Below, one piece after another: positions 1 through 6,811 of a stretch of DNA of 14,265 bases (the stretch's first letter is position 1; each line of letters begins with the position of its first letter). This DNA is from Nostoc sp. NMS4. GTDB taxonomy: Bacteria > Cyanobacteriota > Cyanobacteriia > Cyanobacteriales > Nostocaceae. The notes under the pieces are model-generated. The model searched no databases, was not told the DNA's origin, and was given only the letters and a program-made list of their open reading frames with translations. Where the stretch lies: the NCBI RefSeq assembly GCF_017115095.1, contig NZ_JABXKI010000204.1, positions 42,229-56,493 of the forward strand, written 5' to 3'. The position numbers and the translations under genes were made by a program.

Positions 1-221
1 TGGCAAATCTCTACAATTCTCAAGGACGCTACGACCAAGCCGAACCCCTGTTTCTCCAAGCTTTAGAAATTCGTCAGCAGGTGTTTGGGGTAAATCATCC
101 CAATACGGTTACTGTTCGGCAAAATCTAGAAAATCTTCAAGCTCAAAAGAGTGCTAGCCGTAAGGTTGAGAACAATCCTAACAATTCCTGGTGGGAGAAG
201 TTTTTAGGGTTATTTGAGTGA
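1..221 (+). CDS. TPR-repeat protein, C-terminal fragment (gene begins upstream of the window)
   Basis: Frame 3 is open from the window edge and reads ANLYNSQGRYDQAEPLFLQALEIRQQVFGVNHPNTVTVRQNLENLQAQK... This is a kinesin-light-chain-type TPR unit (TPR_10/TPR_12-like). Stop TGA at 219-221. Confidence 0.7.
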   Translation, partial: ANLYNSQGRYDQAEPLFLQALEIRQQVFGVNHPNTVTVRQNLENLQAQKSASRKVENNPNNSWWEKFLGLFE

Positions 222-339
222 AGCGAAAGTTGTAATTATAGAAGACAGCTAGCGCTCTCTTCTGTTTCAATACGACTCAGTTAAGTAGTCAGACAGAATT
301 AATTAACGTGAGTTCGACGACGAATGAAAGCCAGAAAGC

Positions 340-475
340 TTGCTGCTAGAAGAATTTAAGGAATTTTATACATTGAACGTACTTCTTGGTTGGCGTGGGG
401 CATTTCCCAACATAGTCAGCTACACAAGATTTGTAGAATTGATGCCTTTAAGCATGGGTTCCTTCTGCCTTCTCA
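340..475 (+). pseudogene. IS982-family-like transposase relic (about 45 codons only)
   Basis: FKEFYTLNVLLGWRGAFPNIVSYTRFVELMP resembles, from memory, the conserved AFP..PSY.RFVE.MP block in the N-terminal third of cyanobacterial IS982-family transposases. There is no DDE catalytic part. A stop lies just upstream at 325-327, and the fragment abuts the 3' end of the PIN gene. Confidence 0.4.
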
Positions 476-865
476 ATACAAAAGTTGAACCCGATCAGAA
501 AACTTTTCTCCAAACTTGCGATCAAAGGTGATTACTTGAACTTGCTCTTGAATTGCTGCGGCAACAAACACCGTATCATAAAAAGAATGGTTTTTCTGTA
601 CTGCTAGCTCTAGTGCAGTGTCTCGAATATCAATAACAGGAATAATTTTCGTTACCAATGATTCCGCATCTTTCAAAACCTCAAGCCCAATAGTTAGCGG
701 TAGCTGTCTAAAGACAATCCATTGCCATACAACATTACCCAATTCAGCAAAAAAAGAATCGGGAACAATAATTTGTTCCGCTCTTTCTAAAGCAGAAAGT
801 GCTTGCTCATGTTGAGATTCTACACGTAATAAAGCATACACAAAAACCATCGTATCAATCACCAT
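473..865 (-). CDS. vapC: PIN-domain ribonuclease toxin, VapC family
   Basis: MVIDTMVFVYALL... carries the N-terminal acidic residue (D4), the FYDTVFVAAA motif and the C-terminal ITFDRKF motif typical of PIN/VapC. I chose the ATG at 865-863 because it shares one base with the TGA of the upstream small ORF (TGATG). The longer 152-aa ORF start at 931 is less likely. Confidence 0.8.
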   Translation of the reverse strand: MVIDTMVFVYALLRVESQHEQALSALERAEQIIVPDSFFAELGNVVWQWIVFRQLPLTIGLEVLKDAESLVTKIIPVIDIRDTALELAVQKNHSFYDTVFVAAAIQEQVQVITFDRKFGEKFSDRVQLLY

Positions 866-1080
866 CAAAGTCGTCCTTGTTCCTTCCACTCTTGCACTTG
901 ACTGCTCGACTGAATCGGCAATATCTCCCAACGTTTACGGATTCGAGCGATCGCTGCTTCTCTTGTTGACTCATTTGCTCTCTTCACTTCTGCCAGCAGG
1001 TAGCTAATTAACTTCAGCCGTGCCTCATTTGAGAGGTCTTTCGTTTGATTCATCAGTTCTTGTAGCTGTTCTTGACTCAT
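865..1080 (-). CDS. Putative antitoxin partner of VapC (71 aa)
   Basis: Small ORF immediately upstream of the PIN gene, with its stop overlapping the PIN start codon, which is the usual type II TA architecture. I recognise no specific antitoxin family from the sequence, so the role is inferred from context. Confidence 0.55.
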   Translation of the reverse strand: MSQEQLQELMNQTKDLSNEARLKLISYLLAEVKRANESTREAAIARIRKRWEILPIQSSSQVQEWKEQGRL

Positions 1081-1206
1081 TTAGCTTCTGGTTCAACTCA
1101 CTTTTTGAGTACTTTAACAAAATTTCTGGGCTAACACACCCTACTTATACTTATAATGGAGAACTTAGTTTTTGGTCTTCCCCTAGACTAAAAATCAATA
1201 GTTTAT

Positions 1207-1246
1207 AAACAAGGTCTGCTTACGCAGGCTTTGTTTGCTTTTTCTC
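1207..1246 (+). terminator. Orphan rho-independent-terminator-like hairpin
   Basis: aaacaaggtctgc (1207-1219), loop ttac, gcaggctttgttt (1224-1236). This is a 13-bp stem with 2 G-U pairs when read as plus-strand RNA, followed by the T-rich run gctttttctc. No credible plus-strand gene ends here. Confidence 0.35.
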
Positions 1247-1494
1247 TGGCATAACCTGGAAAATATTAAGTATAAAACCGCTATAGGTGTAGAGTGTTTT
1301 ACCGCGTTAGGGTAACGCATTATTTCAGGTTTTCTGTGCCTGATAAAAACCATCATATATCATACACCTTTTCAACGCCTAAAGAGCAGTTTGACATCAA
1401 AAATTACTTTATAAATTTAGCAAAAAAAGTTAAATAAGCTTCCATCTTTGGGAACAATAAACCTATCGAATTTCAGGTAAGTAGGTTAAAAGCA

Positions 1495-1842
1495 TTGACT
1501 GATGAAACTGCGGAACTTTTGTACCCCTCGGTGGAGAAATTGGTTAACGAGATTGTGGCAGTTAACCACGCTTGGAAAGTAGCTCGTGAATTATTTGGAC
1601 AAGATTCACCCCTATCTATTTCTTCACGGGATTTAAAAACCTGTTTGCAGGTGCGTTTGTTACGAAGCTATGCACCAAAACAGGTTTATTTAATTGAGGA
1701 TAAACAATCAGAAGGTGAACCGGTTTACAGCTTATGCCTCCGGGAATCTATAGGAACTCGCCTGTATGCAGAACATCTCCCAATGCGGATAGCTAAAGAA
1801 GTTCTTACGGATAAAGAATTAGAGCAATTCAAAAAGTTATAA
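1495..1842 (+). CDS. Hypothetical 115-aa protein, first gene of the Zorya-like operon
   Basis: Open frame with a TTG start (start uncertain; an in-frame GTG lies at 1531). It ends 25 nt before the GTG of the ZorA-like gene, on the same strand. No TM segment and no domain I can recognise. Confidence 0.5.
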   Translation: MTDETAELLYPSVEKLVNEIVAVNHAWKVARELFGQDSPLSISSRDLKTCLQVRLLRSYAPKQVYLIEDKQSEGEPVYSLCLRESIGTRLYAEHLPMRIAKEVLTDKELEQFKKL

Positions 1843-1867
1843 CCAAGATAAACAAGAGGGGTGCAGC

Positions 1868-4129
1868 GTGGAAATAACAAAAGTTTGGGACATTATTTGG
1901 CATAACGAATTTTTTCATTGGGCAGTTGCTTTTGTGTTGATAGCCGCAATTATTGTCGAGCTTTACACATTATGGCAGTATTGGCTCTCAGAGTGTGGCA
2001 CAAGTGAAGCCGCGATTAAATTTTTGAATAATTTGAAAAAGGGTAAAAATGTAAAGCTTTCAAACAAAGTTCGCCCCTGGTTAAAAGAGTATTTAGGAAC
2101 TGATGACTCTAGTAGATTCAAACAACAAGATGGTAATTTTATACTGATAAAGTATCCATCTATCTTAGCCAACCCCATACCTCGTAGTTCCCTACGCTTC
2201 GTGACAACCTTGTGTACTGCCATTGGTCTTTTAGGAACATTTTATGGTATACAACAGGGACTCCAAGGAATCAATTTATCTACAGAAGATACGAAAGAAC
2301 TGATAACTGCCAGTAAAGAGCTATTGGTGGGAATGAAAACAGCTTTCTCTACTTCCATGATGGGGCTTGGTTCTGGTAGCTTATTTACTCTAGTTTTGTT
2401 TGCATGTGATTCGCTACGTCAGAAACGGCGTGATAGTTTGCGTCATAAATTGAAGGCGATCGCAACTTTAAAAACGGCAGACAATGCCAACCATGAAATA
2501 GCTGAAGCACTTAGTCTTGTAGCAAAAAACTTGACTGGGTTAAAGCAGCTAAATGCAGAAGGCATTGGTCAAGCTGTAGGTAGGAGTATTGCAGAACAAT
2601 TCGCAGGTTTAAATCAGTTGTCAGCCCAAGCTATTGGTCAATCTGTAGGAGAGCAAGTGCAGACTGCTATCTTACCGGCGCTGCGAGCAATTTTCAAAGA
2701 GCAGCAACAACTTCGACAACTTCAAGAAAATCAGGGACAGAGAGTTTTAGAAGAACTGATCAAAGATTTGCGAATTCAGGTACTCGAACCCATTGCAGAT
2801 CGGCTAGATAAAAGTGCAGAGTTAACCCAACAAGCTTCCGAAGCTGTGCTGACTCTGCATAGAGAATTGGGTGGTATTTCTCAAAGTTTGGCAAATTCCA
2901 TCCTGACAATTGAGAACTTTCAAAAAGAGACTTTGGTAAAACTTCAAGGATTTGCTAAGAATTTGGGAGACACCCTCAATCAATTCCAAACAGATACAAA
3001 AGATGTTTTACAACAAACAGCACAGGAAATTAACCGAGCCGTAGACCAAAGTATTCAAGGACTTACAGCCCAACGAAGTGCTTTTGAAACAAGTGCAGTG
3101 CAAGCTGCTGCTACCTTCCGAGGAATACGAGAGGAACTGCAAACAGCGCTACAAGAACGCGCAGTAGTAGAACAGCAGATGCTTCAAGGATTTGCTAACA
3201 ATATGGGGCAAACTTTGAGTCAATTCCAAACTGAAACTACGGGAGTTATACAACAAACATCTCACGAAATTAATCGAGGTGTAGCTCAAAGTATCGAAGG
3301 AATGACAGCCCAGCGAAGTGCTTTTGAAGCAAGTGCAGTGCAAGCTGCTGCTACTTTCCGAGGAATACGAGAGGAACTGCAAACAGCACTACAAGAACGC
3401 GCAATAGTAGAACAGCAGACGCTTCAAGCTACTCGGACTGGAATTATCCAAATTCTCACCCAAGCAAATAGAACCTTTCATGAGCAAACTAATACTTTAC
3501 AAACAGTGGGTAATCAAGCTTCTGGGTTAATGAATGATGCGAAGGATAATCTTCTGGCTACTTTAGGCAATATCGACGCAACACTCACAGCCACCCGCCA
3601 AACAGTAGAGGAAGATTTGACCAGATTTAGGCAAGAATATCAAACAAATTTACAGATGTTTTTTCAAGAACAAAACAACTTACTTGAAGGGACGCTAGGC
3701 AAACAACAGGATGGATTATCTGAGGTTGTTAACAATCTTGATCGGGTCTTCAGAGAAGAATCTCAAAGACGTAGTAAATTGACTCAAGAAGTAGACGGAA
3801 GTATGACAAAAATTCAGAAGTCTGTCGAACAAATTAATCAATTAGTTATTGCGGCTGGATTAAACGACGGACAACGACTAATGCAACTAGAAAAGCTTGC
3901 TAGCGGTATTGGACAGCAAGTGCAAATAGTAGATAAATCATACATAAATTTGAATCAAAAATTTGACATTAGCCTTGAGTCTTGGCAGAGTCATCTTGAA
4001 AGGTCTATGCAAAGAACTGTTGACTTACAGGAAAGCTTTTTCCAAAAAGCAGATACTTCTATGGCTAGAGTTTGCGGAGATTTACTCAAAACAGCAGAAG
4101 TGTTAGTAGCAGCAAATAATAAATACTAA
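1868..4129 (+). CDS. zorA: ZorA-like protein: MotA/ExbB/TolQ-type proton-channel membrane domain plus long helical or coiled-coil tail (753 aa)
   Basis: GTG start preceded by agagggg. TM1 spans about aa 15-38. TM2 and TM3 (aa ~108-180, nt ~2189-2407) carry a MotA_ExbB-like signature: AIGLLGTFYGIQQGL ... LLVGMKTAFSTSMMGLGSGSLF. The remaining ~570 aa are Q/E/L/A-rich, low in Pro and Gly, and contain internal repeats. This matches the long cytoplasmic tail that separates ZorA from flagellar MotA or ExbB. Confidence 0.75.
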   Translation: MEITKVWDIIWHNEFFHWAVAFVLIAAIIVELYTLWQYWLSECGTSEAAIKFLNNLKKGKNVKLSNKVRPWLKEYLGTDDSSRFKQQDGNFILIKYPSILANPIPRSSLRFVTTLCTAIGLLGTFYGIQQGLQGINLSTEDTKELITASKELLVGMKTAFSTSMMGLGSGSLFTLVLFACDSLRQKRRDSLRHKLKAIATLKTADNANHEIAEALSLVAKNLTGLKQLNAEGIGQAVGRSIAEQFAGLNQLSAQAIGQSVGEQVQTAILPALRAIFKEQQQLRQLQENQGQRVLEELIKDLRIQVLEPIADRLDKSAELTQQASEAVLTLHRELGGISQSLANSILTIENFQKETLVKLQGFAKNLGDTLNQFQTDTKDVLQQTAQEINRAVDQSIQGLTAQRSAFETSAVQAAATFRGIREELQTALQERAVVEQQMLQGFANNMGQTLSQFQTETTGVIQQTSHEINRGVAQSIEGMTAQRSAFEASAVQAAATFRGIREELQTALQERAIVEQQTLQATRTGIIQILTQANRTFHEQTNTLQTVGNQASGLMNDAKDNLLATLGNIDATLTATRQTVEEDLTRFRQEYQTNLQMFFQEQNNLLEGTLGKQQDGLSEVVNNLDRVFREESQRRSKLTQEVDGSMTKIQKSVEQINQLVIAAGLNDGQRLMQLEKLASGIGQQVQIVDKSYINLNQKFDISLESWQSHLERSMQRTVDLQESFFQKADTSMARVCGDLLKTAEVLVAANNKY
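2537..2674 (+). repeat. Two tandem 69-bp (23-aa) units inside the ZorA-like tail
   Basis: GLKQLNAEGIGQAVGRSIAEQFA followed by GLNQLSAQAIGQSVGEQVQTAIL. The units start at 2537 and 2606. Confidence 0.6.
2942..3428 (+). repeat. Exact 240-bp (80-aa) in-frame tandem duplication inside the ZorA-like tail, plus 8 nt of a third unit
   Basis: Units start at 2942 and 3182 (cttcaaggatttgcta...), and the motif gcttcaag recurs at 3421. The protein units run LQGFAKNLGDTL...ERAVVEQQM and LQGFANNMGQTL...ERAIVEQQT, with 63 of 80 residues identical by my hand alignment. Confidence 0.9.
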
Positions 4130-4150
4130 ATTACCAAGGGAGTAATTAAA

Positions 4151-4813
4151 ATGGCTGATTTGATCAGCGACGAATTTGTTGAAACACAAATTGCTGATGA
4201 CGATGACTCTAGTATCTATCTGTCTATTGCCGATATGATGTCTAGTTTACTAATGTTTTTCGCATTGCTATTTATCACTACACTACTCCAACTTGCACAA
4301 AAAGATGCACCAAAACGGGTAGTAATTGGTAATGTTGTCGGACAGATGAAAAGCAACAATATCAATGTTAAAGTCAACCCAGAAACCGGGGATGTCAGTA
4401 TCCAAGAATCAATTCTTTTTGCCAAGGGAAGTACAGAACTGAAACCAGAAGGTAAAGCCTTCCTTCGCAGCTTTATTCCTGTTTACAGTGGTGTTATTTT
4501 CTCTAAACCAGAATTTGAGAAGGAAATTAGCCGTGTAGTTATAGAAGGTCACACTAGCTCAGATGGAGACAACAAAACCAATCTACAACTAAGCTTGTTG
4601 CGATCAGCATCAGTTTACAACTACATTTTCTATGATATGAATTTCCCTACTAAAGCACCTTTAAGCCAAAAAATATTAGCTGCTGGTCGTGGAGAAATCG
4701 AATCTGACAAGCAACGTGATAATCCAGGCGATCGCAAGGTAGTTTTCCGCTTTCAGTTCCGCAGTGATGAGTTAAAAAAAGATATCATCAAAACCTCTCT
4801 TGAAAGGAGCTAA
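4151..4813 (+). CDS. zorB: ZorB-like protein: MotB-type TM/plug with conserved Asp plus OmpA-like peptidoglycan-binding domain (220 aa)
   Basis: IYLSIADMMSSLLMFFALLFI matches the MotB-type TM motif, with Asp28 at nt 4232-4234. The C-terminal ILFAKGSTELKPEGKAFL ... VVIEGHTSSDGDNKTNLQLSLLRSASVYNYI ... AAGRGE matches the OmpA/MotB C-terminal signature. It starts 21 nt after the ZorA-like stop. Confidence 0.8.
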   Translation: MADLISDEFVETQIADDDDSSIYLSIADMMSSLLMFFALLFITTLLQLAQKDAPKRVVIGNVVGQMKSNNINVKVNPETGDVSIQESILFAKGSTELKPEGKAFLRSFIPVYSGVIFSKPEFEKEISRVVIEGHTSSDGDNKTNLQLSLLRSASVYNYIFYDMNFPTKAPLSQKILAAGRGEIESDKQRDNPGDRKVVFRFQFRSDELKKDIIKTSLERS

Positions 4814-6203
4814 AACATTGAATTCTCAGTTTTCCATTCCTTCCCTACCTGAAACTCCCCAGTGTAGTCCTAATCAACTTATTCAGCTTGCAAGCAACTT
4901 ACCAGATGTAACAATATCAATACCAAGTGTTGATAAAGTATTGGAAGCTATTGAACAGGGTAAAGCTGATCGAGTAAGTAAGTTAGACTGGGTTTACTGC
5001 ATCCATGCTAAAGCACAATGGGATCAGCAAAATATTGACCGATGTAGGAAAACATCAGCAGCCATTTGGAAGGTAGCAATTTCTAATTTATGGTTGCAAC
5101 ATCAGCTATTGTGGCGTTTAGCTCTTTATTATGGCGATCGGCAAGAACAGGTGTTAGCACAGTCTTTAGCTGAATCTTTTGATATCTTTGCTAATTCTGA
5201 CTTAGTTAGTCACCTGCTACCAGTTCAAATTATTCGGGTATTTTGTAATAAACAAGCAGGCAGAGAATTAGCAAAAATTGCTTGTGAACAGCGTGTTAAT
5301 CGAACTGAATTACTAAACATAATCAAAGAAGATTTACCTATTTGGATTCCATTATTTAGCAGATTCATAGAAGATATAACTCCCTATTTTACTACAATTC
5401 GCTCTCAAGATCAGCAGCAAGTAAGATGGCTGTTAAGTTGTTTAGATGAAATGTCAGATAGTCAGCAAATAAAAGCTGTTAATCATTTACTAACTAATGT
5501 TTCCAATGATATAGCAAACAATCATTCTTTACTGGTTGATTGGTTGAGAAATAACTATAGAAATAGTGAAAATTGGTATAAACTTTCAGATCAAGCAAGG
5601 CAAAGACTTCGAGAGTGGATTGGAGGTATCAATTATGCTGATTTCCAAAAGTTAGTAAATCTCATATTGAAGAAGCTCGATTTCCCAGACTTCGAGTCAA
5701 AACGGCTATGTAGTCGCAGAAACTTTTGGGCTAGTTACAGTAACCGCTTTGAACGGCTTCGCATCTTGTTACCCACGACATCACAAATTGCCATAGGGTA
5801 TCAAATCCAAGGTGATGTTGATCTATTAGAAGATGATGGTAGCGACCCGACAGAGGTTTGTATATTTGATTTTGGTGAGTGGTTTGTAGTCGAATTCTTT
5901 CGTGGAAGAGGTAGTGAGACGCGCCTGTTTCCGAAAAATTCCAGAAATGAGCAAATCCTTTTTGGTGAATCCACGCTTTCAGTCAAGCGGATTCGTTGTC
6001 TGGGTGGCGATAAGCACGATCATGAATTTCTTTGGCAATTCTTTTGCCGCCAATGGCTTGCAAATAAGGGAATTAACCCAAATCCAAGTACTGAACCTTA
6101 CACAAACCCGACAGCAGATCAATTACAACAGCGAGAAAACAGGCTTGGGCGGTGGAAAAGAGAAATTGAATATCTGGAACAGCAACATCGAGCCTACGTG
6201 TGA
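4800..6203 (+). CDS. EH-signature-like (ZorC-like) protein, 467 aa as given (461 aa if TTG 4818 is the start)
   Basis: Overlaps the ZorB-like 3' end. The best ribosome-binding context is AGGAG at 4805-4809 followed by an in-frame TTG at 4818. The C-terminal third has RRNFWASYSNRFERLRILLP, then CIFDFGEWFVVEFF (Glu365, nt 5892-5894), then GGDKHDHEFLWQFF (His406/His408). This Glu-then-His arrangement about 40 residues apart is what I recall for the EH_Signature domain of Zorya ZorC. The assignment rests on motifs and context and has not been searched. Confidence 0.55.
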   Translation: MKGAKTLNSQFSIPSLPETPQCSPNQLIQLASNLPDVTISIPSVDKVLEAIEQGKADRVSKLDWVYCIHAKAQWDQQNIDRCRKTSAAIWKVAISNLWLQHQLLWRLALYYGDRQEQVLAQSLAESFDIFANSDLVSHLLPVQIIRVFCNKQAGRELAKIACEQRVNRTELLNIIKEDLPIWIPLFSRFIEDITPYFTTIRSQDQQQVRWLLSCLDEMSDSQQIKAVNHLLTNVSNDIANNHSLLVDWLRNNYRNSENWYKLSDQARQRLREWIGGINYADFQKLVNLILKKLDFPDFESKRLCSRRNFWASYSNRFERLRILLPTTSQIAIGYQIQGDVDLLEDDGSDPTEVCIFDFGEWFVVEFFRGRGSETRLFPKNSRNEQILFGESTLSVKRIRCLGGDKHDHEFLWQFFCRQWLANKGINPNPSTEPYTNPTADQLQQRENRLGRWKREIEYLEQQHRAYV

Positions 6204-6224
6204 TATTAGAAATTTTCATAGAGA

Positions 6225-6578
6225 CTACTGATGCACAATAATGGTGTCTCGACTTATTTCAATATAGGAATGCTGCTTAAACAATTCAACTATAGATTGG
6301 AAGTTAGCTATAAATAGGGATTCCAATTCTGAGTTATTGATATTGCCTGTCGTGATTAAAAGGAGTTTATAAGGTTGCTGAACTGTTAAAAAAGAGTTGA
6401 CAAAATCCACATCTTTAGTAATTAAAATTCAATTTTGTTGAATTGATACGGTATTAATCTCATTATCTGGCGTAGCATTTTCCCTTGGTAAGTCTCTGGT
6501 GTGGATCGTGTCATAACCTAAAGTTTTGATAAAACGGGCGAGACGAACTGGTAATTGAGCATCGACAATAAATTTCAT
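6225..6578 (-). pseudogene. DUF5615-family (PIN-like/Mut7-C-like) toxin gene interrupted by one in-frame TGA
   Basis: ORFs 6429-6611 and 6225-6410 are in the same frame (6611 minus 6410 is 201). The continuous reading is MKFIVDAQLPVRLARFIKTLGYDTIHTRDLP...NTVSIQQN*ILITKDVDFVNSFL...LLLITTGNINNSELESLF...EISRDTIIVHQ, which matches the DUF5615 pattern end to end. The TGA lies at 6431-6429. The ATG at 6578 overlaps the stop of the DUF433 gene as ATGA. Confidence 0.75.
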
Positions 6579-6811
6579 GAGGCGATTCGATGAATGCTTT
6601 TGACTTGGCACAGTCGAGCCGCAAATAACAAGACAGCCAAAATATCTTCAGATTTTAAATCGTCATAATCTTTCAATATTTCCTCAGTACTCATGCCAGA
6701 ACTGAGCAGTTCTAAAATAAACTCAACTGGATAACGAAGTCCTCGAATACAGGGTTTACCGTGGCAGATATTTGGATTATGAGTGATGCGTTGTAGAAGT
6801 GTGTTGTTCAT
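6575..6811 (-). CDS. DUF433-domain protein (antitoxin-like partner of DUF5615)
   Basis: ITHNPNICHGKPCIRGLRYPVEFILELLSSGMSTEEILKDYDDLKSEDILAVLLFA matches the DUF433 signature (dP.i..GkP.i.G.R..V..il..l..G.s.eeI...y..l..edI.aal.yA). It has a 4-nt ATGA overlap with the downstream DUF5615 frame. Confidence 0.8.
   Translation of the reverse strand: MNNTLLQRITHNPNICHGKPCIRGLRYPVEFILELLSSGMSTEEILKDYDDLKSEDILAVLLFAARLCQVKSIHRIAS

Noticed and set aside
1020-1208. 62-aa plus-strand ORF
   Set aside because: It is antisense to the antitoxin gene start and then runs through AT-rich spacer. It has no RBS and no recognisable content.
1391-1420. Sigma70-type promoter for the Zorya-like operon (perfect TTGACA at 1391-1396)
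   Set aside because: No good -10 hexamer lies at 16-18 nt spacing. The only TAnnnT candidate (taaatt, 1412-1417) has a 15-nt spacer. This is too weak to annotate without transcript data.
1963-3382. Minus-strand ORFs 1963-2223 and 3149-3382, and 4216-4425 in the ZorB-like gene
   Set aside because: They are antisense to long genes with clear domain signatures. The 3149-3382 ORF merely mirrors the tandem repeat.
1868-4813. Reading the MotA/MotB-like pair as a flagellar stator, ExbBD or TolQR system
   Set aside because: There are no TonB, ExbD, TolR, TolA, Pal or flagellar genes nearby. The A subunit carries a ~570-aa helical tail absent from those systems, and the B subunit is followed by an EH-signature-like gene. 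The ZorAB interpretation fits better.
5902-6231. 109-aa plus-strand ORF overlapping the end of the ZorC-like gene, and the 5801-5986 minus-strand ORF
   Set aside because: These are out-of-frame or antisense readings fully embedded in a longer gene with conserved motifs.
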